64,000 nucleotides of DNA from Eledone cirrhosa (GCA_964016885.1 OZ024745.1:95604001-95668000); one strand, 5' to 3'. Positions 35,687 to 48,817 are shown, numbered from the stretch's first letter. Numbers and translations: made by a program. Notes: generated from the sequence alone by a model not told the origin.

Positions 35687-35735
35687 TTGCTCCGAAGAAT
35701 CCAAACCTCGGTTTGGAGGAAACAATTGTAAGCAA
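35687..35735 (+). ncRNA. Minimal type I hammerhead ribozyme motif, CCGAAGA core variant
   Basis: TTGCT-CCGAAGA-A-TCCAAAC(CTCG)GTTTGGA-G-GAAA-CAATTG-TA-AGCAA: 5-bp stem I, 7-bp stem II, palindromic stem III ACAATTGT, GUA site. Confidence 0.6.
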
Positions 35736-35818
35736 ATAAATGATTTAAACTGAACTTTGATTATTGTAATCTCTCTATATATATATATGTATGTATACAT
35801 ATGTGTGTGTGTGTATAT

Positions 35819-35989
35819 TGGTCTTTGCTTTGCTGATACTATCTTCTGGTCGCAACTCCTGGCAGAAGGAGCAATGTGAAATAAAATGTCTTACTCAAGG
35901 ACACACCGTGTCACCTGGTCCGAGAATTGAACTCACAATTGTGAGGTTGCGAATCCAACTCTCTAACCACTAAGCCACGTGCCTTCACT
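35819..35989 (-). mobile_element. tRNA/CORE SINE variant
   Basis: Same subfamily as 2720-2937. Confidence 0.7.
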
Positions 35990-36767
35990 TATATATATTT
36001 ATACAAATATATATGTATATATATATATATATATATAGAGAAAGTGGTTGGTGATAGGAAGGGCATCCAGCCATAGAACGCCTGACAATCAAAGGGTTGG
36101 GGAAACCCTTTAGTTGTATCAAAGACATGACAACCGCTCTAGCATTGGTGCCACTATCAAATGCACATATATAATGTATACGTAGAGATACATAATGAAA
36201 TGTATAATGAAATTATATCTATTTTTTGTCATTTATATTCATTTGTTATTCTGTAGTAGCCATGTAATAAGTTTTGTAGTGATGTCCAGGTGAAATAAAT
36301 GTTAAGAACAATATTTTTAAAGAACACTTTAAGCATCTGAAAACAGATAATTATGGTTGCAGGAAAATACATAAGTATATGTAGTAATGTTTATTTTACT
36401 CTTATATCCATTATATTAAATCATTAAATGTATTGAGAAGCCTATATAATAATAATCAGATGTTTTGAATTTTCAGAATTTCCATTTTGTCTATTAAATT
36501 CTCATCATAAGGAAGATCTCACCATTAAATAAGTAACAGATGAATATTTGACACATTTCGAATAAAATGACACATGCATCATACACATAAGTATGTCTGA
36601 CAACACGAGTGGTGTAGACCTGTAGGCAATAAACGTAGACATATTCAACACACACACAATCTTATAACAGGTGTGAGTAAATTCTGTAACAGTCTATAGA
36701 GAACAATCAGTTTTAAAGAATTCTGTTTCTATAGAAAAGAAAACCCTAGTCATACGTGTTAGATATT

Positions 36768-37351
36768 TAGTATTTAAACCAGCTGTTTCCGGCCAGAATT
36801 CTCTGACCTCTTTCTGTTCAAACTGGCCACTCATACTTATGTTAAGGTATTGTTCTTAAAATAAATAATATCAAAATCTCACAGATTCAATATAATTGTT
36901 TCTACTTTTGGCACAAGGCCAGCAATTATCCCAGTGCATAACTGGTACTTTATTTTATCGATCCCTTAAGGATGAAAGGCAAAGTTAACCTCGGCGGGAT
37001 TTGAACTCAAAACATAAAGGGCCATAACTCTATGCTACAAAGCATAGATTCAATATAATGGGAGATTCACAAATTCAATATAATTGTTTCTATTTTTGGC
37101 ACAAGGCCAGCAATTATCGCAGTGTATAAATGGTACTTTATTTTATCGACCTTGTAAGGATGAAAGGCAAAGTTAACCTCGGCAGGATTTGAACTCAGAC
37201 CATAAAGGACCATAACACTTTGCTTCAAAGCATGACGTCCGACCCTCTACCGATACTACCAATCCACAATGGGAGATAATTATGTGTGGTAAGGCTTTTA
37301 CCATGAAAATACAATAGTTTATATAGAGTAACGTAAATGCTAAAGGTTTAA
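36768..37351 (-). mobile_element. TTAA MITE interrupted by two second-family SINEs (36893-37045, 37082-37267)
   Basis: MITE halves flank the SINEs; target-like ATTCAATATAAT is repeated at ~36885, ~37048 and ~37073. Confidence 0.7.
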
Positions 37352-39444
37352 CCCAAGGTTAACTCCGATTGAGCAAACCTATGAATAAAATCATTCCACA
37401 GATGACCATTTTTTCAGTTGTCATGTATCTAAAATTACATTATCCAATGCAGTCATAGATATGATTTTTATAATGTTAGGGTATGATTTTAGGGAATTTT
37501 GGCTGCTGTTTCTAGCAATTCAATAAACCACATAAAAGCTTCATTGTTGGCTCATACCAACATGTGTTATTATATGCCATAAAACATGGGATGCCAATGC
37601 AGATTTCTCCCAGCATGAGAAAATTAAATTCTGTTTTATCAGATGATTAGAAAAATAAGTCAAACTGAGAAACTGGTTAGGTATTAACAACATTGCTTAG
37701 TATATATAGGAATGCTAAATGTAGAGATAAGAATATCAAAGAAATAAATTGGATGAATAATGTAATGTAAAAAGAAAGACATTGAAACAATGTAGTCAGA
37801 TATGATATGATGAAAATATGATACAGACATTAAAACATAAACTAACAACAGAACAGAAAAGAATAGTGCCTTGCAGATCTGGATGGTATTTAACAAAACT
37901 GATGGAGTGCTTAAGATAACTGATAAATTTCATTTTTGATAGAATTATCTCAGAATTTATAACTAAATAGAATTGTTTTATCTAATATGAGGATCTAATA
38001 AAAATACAAATGTCAAGATAGGCAGTTTAATGTAGCAAACCATTGTGATGGTGATAAAGTTTGTGTAACACAGAATGACAGTAAACTTGATATCAGGAGA
38101 CAACAGGAAACGCCATCATCATCATCAGGTATCATTTACACTTAACAGTTTAAATACTATATATATATATAGACCCGCCACATACTGGCTATAGTTATCT
38201 ATAAATGTGATCCCTTTTATAGTAGCTGATAGGCCATGAAAGGAATAGAACTCAATATACAAAAAGCCAGAATAAATACAGCAAGGCATCTCATCTGGCA
38301 CTCTATCAATTCCATTAGTCCCCCACCCTGAGATAATACTTTATCTATCCACTCTAAAAAGATTAAATTTATGTGAAATTTGGTAGAGATTGAACTCGGA
38401 ATATAAAACACCAAAATAAATACCTCAAGGCATAACATTTGTTGCTCTAATGCTTCTGCCTTAGAAATGAAATGAAATAAATAGAGTTATTTAGCCTGGA
38501 GACAGAAAGAGAAGGTTTGACAATATTGTGTACCATTAGAATGAGAGGTATGGAGTTAAATTACTGGTTCATATGAACCAGTAAGCTATTTGGAAGAAAT
38601 GTATCTAAAATGACATTGCTGTACTTGCCCTCAATATTAAATGAATGCTGGAAACCTACTCAGAGTGAATTTAACATATACAATATCTATAGAGCTCTGT
38701 GCAATCATGTTAAATGAGATGAAGTGAAATTGGAGACAATGAAATCATCAAATTATGATAGTACTTGTACTTAGTTAATTAAGTGTTGTTGTTAGCTCCT
38801 GGTCTGATCTATGTTCAAAACTATTTCAGCTGTGTTCATCCATTTTTATTTCAGACATAGTATATCTTGGCCACATTTTCTAATCTCTTTGGCCTTATTT
38901 AAGACATTGGATTGTAGTTTGAGTGAGATTTAGTTGCTGAGTCATGTGACTCTGTTATCAATTCATAGTCAGGCTGTACAGGATGATGTTATCCCTATAA
39001 CTGCTGTAGGAACATCATAATCAAAGGTAAATGAGATGTCTCATGCAGAGTTAGTTAAATAAAGAGGTCTTAAATAATGGCCAAAACCAATTAAGTAGTA
39101 GAGAGAATTATAATTAAGTCAGTATAATACAAAATTGACTTCAATAAAATGCAGCTTAGATTAGTATCAGAGCATGGAACATACGGTTCCATTATTGCTA
39201 GAGAGACATTTGTAAGCAAAGTTCTTAGCTAAGTACAAACACATTTTCTGACCTGCAAATGGCATTTTACAGATACCACTCCTCTACTTGCAAGAAATTT
39301 TAATGTAGACGAGTAGCGTGCTTCAAGCTATATATAAAGGCTAAAAGAGGTAACTATATCACTATGGACATTAGTTTACAGAGAGATTAAGACTAAATCT
39401 ATAGCCATAACACATTACTCTTCATTATATTTCTTGGTGGATTA

Positions 39445-39831
39445 AGGCCGGTGGATTGGCAGTATCGGTAGAGGGTCGGACGCCATGCTTTGACGCATTG
39501 AGTTACGGCCCTTGCCATTCTGAGTTCACATCCCGGTGAGGTCAACTTTGCCTTTCATCCTTACGGGGTCGATAAAATAAAGTACCAGTAATGCACTGGG
39601 ATGATTGCTGGCCTTGTGCCAAAAGTAGAAACAATTATATTTCTTGGTGGATTGGCAGTATCGTTAGAGGGTCGGATGCCATGGTTTACAGCATGGAGTT
39701 ACGGGCCTTTACGATCTGAGTTCAAATCCCGTCGAGGTTAACTTTGCCTTTCATCTTTACGGAGTGGATAAAATAAAGTACCAGTAATGCAATGGGATGA
39801 TTGCTGGCCTTGTGTCAAAAGTAGAAACAAT
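39445..39831 (+). mobile_element. Two tandem second-family SINEs
   Basis: ATTATATTTCTTG is repeated at 39424, 39634 and 39830, bracketing both copies. Confidence 0.85.
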
Positions 39832-41227
39832 TATATTTCTTGAAGCAATAACTCTGGTGAGCAGAATTGGATACCTTTAAAAAAACTTGCACATGCTGGT
39901 GACACAATTCTTTAATTGCAAAATCTGTTTAAGAGCTGTATAAAACATTCACTACAAGAAATAAATTATAGAGCCGAAAGCTATGAAGATGAACATGATA
40001 AATTCTTTAAAATATTCATAACAGAGATCTCAGAAACCCAGTATAATCTGGGAGGTAAATTTACAAAATATATCCAGTTCAGAGAATGTACACATAAAAT
40101 ACAGAGGGAACTCCAACAGACAGTTAGAAAACCAATACCTTGTATATAATAAATGCATTATAGTAATTAGGAATAGGGTCACTCATGAAATGAAGTCCAC
40201 TGACTGTTGAGATGGATCATCAAGTGTAGTAGGGGTCTTCTATATAGGTGAGATGATGATTATTTGGCTGGTTGTAGTGAAAGTTTAATATTTAAAATAA
40301 GAAAGCAGTAGATGTTTCTAATTTGCCATTTTTGTTGGTAAAAATTGGTTCCTCTCTGCATGCAAATATCAGACTGTATGGAGTAGTCTCCAGTTTTATA
40401 GCAGTTAAATATGGGCATTGAATACAGATCTGTGAAATCTAAGAAAACATGAATGAAATATGATATTTTAGGGACCAACACAATGCGTATGGAGAATGGT
40501 CTTCAAAATTTAAGTTTGTGTTTCCTATTAAACAATGCTTCAAACAAGCTACAAAACTACAATATGTGTAACGGTTACTTATATGAAAAAAAAAGAAAAT
40601 AAAAAGAGTACAGTGAGATAGCACAATGGCTGGCTTGATAGTTATTAGTTGATGTGTGCAGCAGAGCTGTCAGCAGAAATATGGACATCTAATACAGAGA
40701 GAGACCACATTCTTTGGATGACAAATTGCCATAAACTAATATATAGTCTCTGTTTGGTGATCAAATATATAATGTAGTGAGGAGTCTTCAGTCTGGCCAA
40801 ACATATGACAACCTCTCTAGTGCTGGTGTCATGCCTGCCCCCAGTACACTTGGTGAAGTCGTAATGCTAGTCCCATGATAAATACACCCACTACACCTTT
40901 TAAAATGCTTGTTGGTAGGAAGGGTATCCAGCCATAGACACCATGCCAAATATGGAACATGTAAGATGCAGTCTGTTTGACCTATCTAGTCTAAGACCAT
41001 CACAGCTCATCCAACACTAATACCATCATGGAAGGTGGATGTAAAATAATGATGATGTTGATGTTGATAGAAGCCAAAAAGAAACAAGCTTTTTTCCAGA
41101 ATATGAGCAAATGAAAAATGGGAAGAAGTTATAAAATCTAATGTTGGACAACAAAAAAAGATGATCGAGAAAAATGCCAAAAGACCATCTAACCTATTTT
41201 GTCAATGAAAAATATTCAGAAATTCAT

Positions 41228-41612
41228 AATTGTTTCTACTTTAGGCACAAGGCCAGCAATAACCCAGTACATTACTGGTACTTTATTTTATCGACTTTGT
41301 TCTTATATAGGCAGAAGGCCAGCAATTTTGGGGGAGGCGAAAGTCGATTAAATCGACCCCAGTACATTATTGGTACTTTATTTTATCGACCCCATAAGGA
41401 TGAAAGGCAAAGTTAACCTCAGCAGGATTTGAACTCAGAATGGCAAGGTCCGTAAGTCTATGCATCAAAGCATGGTGTTCGACTCTCTACCAATACTGCC
41501 AATCCACCAATGATAAGGTTAATAATTGTTTCTACTTTAGGCACAAGGCCAGCAATTACCCAGTGCAATACTGGTACTTTATTTTATCGACCCCGTAAGG
41601 ATGAAAGGCAAA
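41228..41612 (-). mobile_element. Cluster of second-family SINE copies and fragments
   Basis: Three tail segments; AATGATAAGGTTAATAAT direct repeat at 41509 and 41611. Confidence 0.8.
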
Positions 41613-42104
41613 TGATAAGGTTAATAATGATGCCTTCATACCTCTAGCAGATTATATATAAAGTTTAAAGCCATATAAGTGATTATGAAATTATCTTGAG
41701 TCAATTCTATAATTGACAGAATTTTCACACTTTAAACAGTAAACTTAAAATAAAGAGAAGAAAAACTTTTTGAAAAAATGTATAACTACATGGCATTTCA
41801 GTATTCAGGACATTTGTAACTCAAAATAAAGTTTAAGTGAGGTAGGGATCAATAAGTAAAAAACAAATAATCCCTTTAATTCTTTCATGACCATATATTT
41901 CAATGAAAGAGATAGGCTCCACCAGGTTTTTAAAAAAATGCCCTAAGAAATGCTGAATGTCAATATGGTGCCGCCATGATTCCCTCAGGAGTTATAGGTT
42001 CATACCATATCATACACTGTCCATGTTTTTTAATAAATTCTGAAAACAACCAAGTAGCAAAATATCAAACTTATCAATTATTACTCTGATGTTTGGAACA
42101 TAAT

Positions 42105-43061
42105 TTAACCATTTAGCAGTTACATTTCTCTATATATACTATTGTATTTTTGTGGTAAAGGCTTTATCTTATACTAGCAGCAGTACCCAGCGTTGCCTGG
42201 GTAGGTAAAATAATATCTGCTTTGATGAAAAGGTGTTGATCTTAGCGACTGCGAGTTTCTTGAAAATCGGTCGTAAGGTGTAACAAATGGCGAAATGTTG
42301 AGTGAAATCGTATGGAATATGTGGGAGGTGGAAAAAAATTTTGAAGAGTTAAACGGCTGCCACGCCGTCCCTGAACAAAAGATGCAAAGTGTAAAGCTAC
42401 TATAAGATGTGCAATGATAGGTTCTATCGTAGTGCAAAAGTTGAACCAAATAAATTGATTTATGTGTGAGGTGGAGCCAAAGTTGCAAATTTGAACGAAA
42501 TCGGTTGAAAAATGTGGGAGCTAGAGCCGAAAAGGCGGAAATTTGAGCAAAAAGGTGGTATTTTCGAATATTTAAGCGGCTGCCACGCCGTTCCTGAACA
42601 AAAAATCCAAAATGTAAAGGCACCTTAAGACGTATAATAATCAGATCTAGCGTAGTGTAAAATTTGAACAAAGTAGGTTGATTAATGTAGGAGCTAGAGC
42701 CGAAAAAGTGGAAATTTGAGTCTAAAAGTGGTATTTTTGAATATTTAAGCGGCTGCCACGCCGTCTCTGAACAACAAATGCAAAATATAAAGCCATTACA
42801 GGATGTGCAATGATAAATTCTATTTTGCTTTAAAATTTGAACGAAATCGGTGGCAAAATGTGGGAGCTAGAGCCAAAAATCCTATTTTTCGATACCTAAA
42901 AAAAGGTGACCCCCCCCCCCCTATCGATTTTTATCTGTAGAATGACCCCGGAATAAAAAAAACGATACACTGATATATAGAAAACACTCCTCGATGACTA
43001 ATCTATGAGCCTATAAAGTTTCATGAAAATCGGTCGTAAGATGTAGGCCCCTATAGGTAAT

Positions 43062-43097
<36 letters not shown>

Positions 43098-43278
43098 TTA
43101 ATTTTATATATATACAGATAATTATCTCATATAATATTGAATCTATGAGATTTTGATGTTATCTATTTTGACAACAATATCTTAACATCAATATGAGTGG
43201 CCAGTTACAGCCGGTTTGAACAGAAAGAGATGAGATAATTCTAGCCGGGTATGGTCAGTTTAAAAGCTAAAGGGTTAA
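42105..43278 (+). mobile_element. TTAA MITE split by a Helitron insertion
   Basis: Removing 42174-43118 restores GCTTTATCTTATA|TAATTATCTCA, matching other MITE copies. Confidence 0.8.
42174..43118 (-). mobile_element. Non-autonomous Helitron
   Basis: The minus strand starts TC and ends with hairpin ACCCAGGCAACGCTGGGT followed by CTAG. Inserted between A and T without a TSD. Has internal GGCTGCCACGCCG repeats. Confidence 0.85.
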
Positions 43279-43699
43279 AAGAGTTTAGATAAAATTATAA
43301 AAAAAACTTAAATTTGTACATAAACAATTTAAAATTCATAAAAACAGAGGTGATATCAAAAATGTTTGAGATATAAATAACTCATGTTGTCAGCTACAAC
43401 CTAATCAGTATCGTATTAGATATATTTTAGTTAGAAAAACTACATATATCAAGATTAGAAAATGACGTTGCCAGTATACTGCTAAGGAGATACACTCCTA
43501 TATTCAAGAAGCTATTAACTTAATGTAGCTATAAGCATTTATTGGATCTATTTCTGAACTTAAAAAAACACACTATTTACTAAGACAAGAAATATGTGGA
43601 AAAAAAAAAAAATCGATGGTAAAATTGGGGTGGGGTCGGCTTATATTTGAGGTTGATATTTTACCAACTTCAAAATTCTATATAAATGAGGTGCGAAAA

Positions 43700-43822
43700 T
43701 ATTCTGGAGGTAAATATTTCACCGGTTTCACTTTGGAAGCGAATATTGCACCAGTTTCATTTTAGAGGTGAATATTACACAAGTTTCATTTTAGAGGTGA
43801 ATATTGTCCAGGTTTCAGTTTC
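43700..43822. repeat. ~30-bp tandem repeat x4
   Basis: Consensus TTTAGAGGTGAATATTnCACnAGTTTCA. Confidence 0.7.
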
Positions 43823-44581
43823 ATCACAAAATTCATATTTTCTATCTTTATAATATGTTTTGAATGAATATGGCCTTCAAAATGGTTGGAAATTAGTAAA
43901 AAAAAACATTACATAATAGAATTGTGAAACAAAAACTATACTCTAAATAGCACTTAAAATATTTCAAATATAAAAATATTAAAACTTCATAAATATATCC
44001 TCCATGCATGAGAATTTCAAACCCACACTATAAACAATGTGTCGATTACCTGCCTCAGCTTATAAACGGGGTTTGGATTTTTGCCACTTTCACAGACATA
44101 AAACTGGAGTCAGCATATATTCTAGTATATATGGTAACTTTTGAAACTTAAATTCATACTTGGTTTCTTCTTTTCTATTATTTGCTTTACAACAGTGCTA
44201 AATAAAATAGTGATTTTGTTCTCTGAAACCGTATTCTATTCATTCATTTCTTTACATCAAGTCCATTTGGAAAGTTGGATGATTAAAACAGGGTTTTGGT
44301 ATAAATGTTTCTGCCCTAATTTAAGTCTAAGGGAAGACTTGAATCCTTCAATACAAACTAATGAAATATTCTCATCATCATCATAGTCATCACTACCTTA
44401 ACATCTGCTTTTATATGCTGATATGAGGTAGAGAAATCTAATATATGGTATGTGGATACATGTTATAATCTTCTGTCATCTCAACTGTGAAGTCTAGATC
44501 AACCAATGCTCCATTTTTGTTATAAAAGCCACTCTTACATCAAATACTCATCATTGCCCATACCAAAAATTCATCTCTCCT

Positions 44582-44809
44582 TTAACCCTTTAGCATTTAC
44601 ATTACTTTATATTTACTATTATATTTTCATGGCAAAGGCTTTAACTTACATAATTATCTCACATAATATCGAATCTATGAGATTTTGATATTATTTATTT
44701 TGAGAACAATACCTCAATATCAATATAAGCGGCTGGTTACAGCCAGTTTGAGCAGAAAGAGGTGAGAGAATTCTGGCCAGATACAGCCAGTTTAAAGCTA
44801 AAGGGTTAA
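44582..44809 (+). mobile_element. TTAA MITE
   Basis: TTAACCCTTTAGC ... GCTAAAGGGTTAA. Confidence 0.85.
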
Positions 44810-45162
44810 ACATCAATTTCTGCCTTCTATGTTCAGCCCTTTCCTCACCCCATTTATGCTCTGACTTTCATATAAATAAGTAATACACATTCAATGAATT
44901 ATGTTTTACTCATTTCTCATCAGTCTCCATACATCTTCCAGATTCAGCACCATATTTTTGCCGATACAGCTTCATAGTTTTTACATGCTTCATACAATGT
45001 TTTTTTCTCAATGAGAGAAAAAAAAAATCTGATGTCAACAAAGATAACAGCTTCCTGAACTTCTCCCAATATTTTTTAATCTAGCAACTATACATTTGCT
45101 ACAGCTTCATCCAATACAAATTTACTTTGGTGTCAGAAAGTATCACAAAGCAGTTTTGTCAA

Positions 45163-45378
45163 TTAACTCTTTAGCATTTATATTACTCTATATTTACTAT
45201 TATATTTTCACAGTGAAGGCTTTATCTCACATAATATTGAATCTATGAGATTTTGATATTATTTATTTTGAGAACAATATCTTAATATCAGTATGAGCAG
45301 CCAGTTGCAGACAGTTTGAACAGAAAGAGGTGAGAGTATTCTGGCCAGATACGGCCAGTTTAAATGCTTAAGGGTTAA
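45163..45378 (+). mobile_element. TTAA MITE
   Basis: Family match. Confidence 0.8.
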
Positions 45379-46072
45379 TGGACTTTATTTAAGTAATGCT
45401 CTTACTGTTAACTACTTCTATGCATCTAATATAGCTCAAGTTCTGGTTCTCTCTCAATCTGCCAAATATTCCAGTTTTTATATAACATGTTCATACCTAC
45501 ATATTGTCTACATACAGAGAAAGATATCTACCTTGATATCAGGGGGAATATTGTGTCCTGCAACTGACTATTATTCTGCTCTTTGCTATGTTTACATTAG
45601 GATTTGGAATCAAATTCTTGTTGATTATATAGTACCTATTTACAAATATGTAGACTTGACAAAAGAGAATTAAGTGTCTTAGATACAGTATGATGTCATT
45701 AATATGATACAAACTAACCATTATTTGGTAGATCATCTAAAACTTTGTCATCTCTGAATCCAAATGCTCATTAACCCTTTCATTAACATATTTATAATGA
45801 AATATACCCTCTTTCAATTAATTAATGCAGAGTTTTGAAGAATTTACTCAAATGATTAATTATTTTGTTCCTAGTATAATAATTTAAAATATGGTTCTTG
45901 TATATCATGTTGGAAGATATAAATTTATATCAGAATTGTTTGAAATAGATGGTTTTCTTTTATAGAACCAGGGCGGGTTTTGGCCAGGCAGGTATCAAAA
46001 GGGTCAATTTTATAGTTAAATGCTTTAAACTTATCGCTTTTTTGCAATATCTTTAACTCATTCATTTCCATA

Positions 46073-46300
46073 TTAACCCTCTAGTGTTCAAACTGGCCAA
46101 AACCGGCCAGAATTCTCTACCTCTTTCTGTTGAAACTGGTTGTAACTGGTCGCTCAAACTGATGTTAAGGTATTGTTCTCAAAATAAATACTTTCAAAAT
46201 CTCATAGATTCAATATTATGTGAGATAATTATGCGAGATAAAGCCTTTACCATGAAAATAAAATAGTATATATAGAGTAATGTGAATGCTAAAGGGTTAA
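46073..46300 (-). mobile_element. TTAA MITE
   Basis: Family match, reverse orientation. Confidence 0.8.
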
Positions 46301-46588
46301 TCAAGGTTGAAATTTACCTAATTACAGTACTCATAGGATCAAAATACTAATAATATATCACTAATTATTTAGGCAGTAAGAAATGTATCATAAGTATTGA
46401 TAAAAGATACTTATACAACTGATCTAATGAAATACTACAGATATAAGTTCTCCATTTTATTAGTTTTTACATCAAATAACATTTTTTTTTTTTAAATATA
46501 CACAAAAAAAATATATTTAATGTTTTAGAATTCTAAAAAGAAAGTTGGGCCAAAAACAAAAAAAAAAAAATCAAGCTTGTCAACTTAC

Positions 46589-46613
46589 CATTGTTGTATT
46601 TCCTCTTCTGAAA
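46589..46613 (-). other. Candidate 25-nt micro-exon of an unidentified host gene
   Basis: Minus strand: long pyrimidine tract TTTTCTTATTTTCTTCTCTTTATATAG|TTTCAGAAGAGGAAATACAACAATG|GTAAGT. Open in all three frames. Confidence 0.35.
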
Positions 46614-46669
46614 CTATATAAAGAGAAGAAAATAAGAAAATATTTAGATATACAATTAAATGTGGTTAC

Positions 46670-46738
<69 letters not shown>

Positions 46739-46776
46739 GTGTGTGTGTATATACAGATATATATGTGTGTGTGTAA

Positions 46777-46813
<37 letters not shown>

Positions 46814-46889
46814 ACATCTTATACAAAATCACTGAGATGTTATGTATATTCATGACAAATTTACCTATGTATCATATAATATATATAAT

Positions 46890-47270
46890 ATCATCATCAT
46901 CACCGTTTTACGTCCGTTCTTCCACGCTAGCATGGGTTAGACGGGCTGTCCTGTTGTGAGCAGTAGCCGGTCGGCTGACAATACCTTGCTCATACGAGAA
47001 CTGATTCTGGCTTGATTTCTACAGCTGGATGCCCTTCCTAACACCACCCTCATTTACAGTGAGTGTTGGGTGCTTTTTTCCGTGGCGCCTTCACGTCCAC
47101 TTTACAGTGTGGGTTGGGCGCTTTTTTGCCGTGGCACCTCCACGACCACTTTGAAGAGGGAGGGTTTGGGGGCATATTGTCTCTTTCATAGTGGCTCTTC
47201 CACGCATCTTTCTTCTCAGCACTTGTGAGGGCAAGCTCTCCTTTATCATTCCGGATAAACTTCTCTCCAA
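46890..47270 (-). mobile_element. Internally deleted RTE subfamily B derivative
   Basis: AEKKDAWKSHYER (EN-RT linker; compare ADKKVAWKCHYER in the full RTE) is joined directly to the 3' UTR and (GAT)n. Confidence 0.7.
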
Positions 47271-47583
47271 TATATTGTTATTCTCAATATTGATTTCTCA
47301 CATTGGGATAAGGTAAACTATTTGTGAGTGTAAAGTGCATAGTTTATTGAATTGACACAGCATATAACAGGAATGTTTTTCTATTGACGTTGGGAGAATA
47401 AAAATTGAAATCAACCCCACTGGAATTTGAACACATGATACTGATAGAAAAAAACTATAATTTAGACAAGCTGAATTTCACTTCTATTTCTCTACTATAC
47501 GTTCACTATTTTAAATAGTCTTTTTTACTTTTTTCAAGCTTTGGCAGCAAGCCACATTGGACACTGGACTAGTTCCTTTATTT

Positions 47584-47620
47584 TCCTCGGAAGAAGAGAT
47601 TTAATCTCGAAATATCAGGA
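47584..47620 (+). ncRNA. Ultra-minimal type I hammerhead motif, CGGAAGA core variant
   Basis: TCCT-CGGAAGA-A-GAGAT(TTA)ATCTC-GAAA-TA-TC-AGGA, followed by AATAAA. Confidence 0.55.
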
Positions 47621-47968
47621 CATATGAATAAATTAAAGTAAAAAAACAAGCCCTGTTTCTACAATTTAATTATTCTCTGTCCAAACCTGCATTGTTGTGG
47701 TTTTCAAACTTCAAATTCTTTTTTTTTTCAAATTAATTTTACTTTTATAAAATTCCTTTCATATTGATAGTAGATGAGCTTAATGCCACGGAAGTAACAG
47801 TTAGTTTCCAGTAAGCATTAGACAAGTTACATTTTGGATTTTAATAATATGGTTGATGGAAATTATCTCAGAGTAGTGTTCTGTACACTAAATACACACA
47901 GAGAAAGATTGCACATATATATAATATAATATAATCAGTTGGGGGGGGGGGGGGATTGGGATTTGGAT

Positions 47969-48175
47969 CTAGGGCAACAGGGTAGAAGTGCTGCGCCATG
48001 CTGACAAGACAGCAAAAGCATTCCCCCAGACGATGGCCAGTGACACCCGCTGCAACAGCCACCCAACCTCGCAGGGCTCCCTCTTCAGATGAGCCACTGA
48101 CGCACCTATCTTGCGGAGGAGCTCGGCAGTACGTGGTTCAAATGTGCCTGAGGTTTCAACGGTGACTGTTCCCAA
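47969..48175 (-). pseudogene. CRE/NeSL-like RLE retrotransposon C-terminal fragment
   Basis: VETSG...AELLRKIG...WLLQRVSLAIVWGNA matches the RLE C-terminal motif of CRE-type elements. Confidence 0.7.
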
Positions 48176-48229
48176 TCAAAAGAAGCTAATAATGAGAGCG
48201 AGAGAGAATATTGTGCTATGTGTTTTATT

Positions 48230-48295
48230 AAAATAGCTTAAAGACAATATTTTAAAATAGCTTAAAGACAATATTTTAAAATAGCTTGAGGACAA
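48230..48295. repeat. ~24-bp tandem repeat x3
   Basis: AAAATAGCTTAAAGACAATATTTT. Confidence 0.8.
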
Positions 48296-48780
48296 CTGTG
48301 GCAGAATCAATAGAATACAGAAGAAACTCCTATCCATTTTCCTGTAATACAGTTATGTGATTTGTATTACATATGGCCAAAATATCATCTATTTGAAAAC
48401 ATTGAAGTGTTAACTGTTGGAGACAGTGTCCAGTTCAGTGTTTGATCTCAGTTCAAATCACTAGACCACATTATAGATTATAAATCCTGAAAAATGTCTG
48501 AAGTAAACTTTGGATCAACCAGTTCATGACAAGAGTAATCAGTGTAGCTTAGATAAACTAGCTCTGAAATTGTTCTGAAAAACCACAAAAAAAAGAAAGA
48601 AAGAAAGAAAAGATCATGAATGATTTCCTCAGAAGTTGAATTAGAAGCAATGTTTGGTAATAATAGAAACTTTACAAAAAAGAAAGAATATTATCATGGT
48701 GATAGTGATGATAAAAACAAATGAAGTAATCATACTCTGCATCATAATGTTCACTCTCGGACAACTATTGGTAATTTTAT

Positions 48781-48817
<37 letters not shown>

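Larger units (their letters stand above)
34643..35775. mobile_element. Large inverted repeat (~410-bp arms, ~320-bp spacer), Penelope pLTR/retrozyme-like
   Basis: 34643-35053 is the near-exact reverse complement of 35373-35775. Read outward, each arm has TATAAATA, a hammerhead motif and AATAAA, and ends at TA-rich flanks. Confidence 0.8.

Noticed and set aside
42174-42671. 165-aa ORF repeated at 49846
   Set aside because: Lies within internal repeats of a non-autonomous Helitron; no Rep or helicase motifs and no ATG start.
43700-43822. Regularly spaced 30-bp repeats
   Set aside because: Contiguous tandem units without unique spacers in eukaryotic DNA; not CRISPR.
48620-48724. Short plus-strand ORF MISSEVELEAMFGNN...
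   Set aside because: 34 codons, no recognisable homology or convincing splice context.
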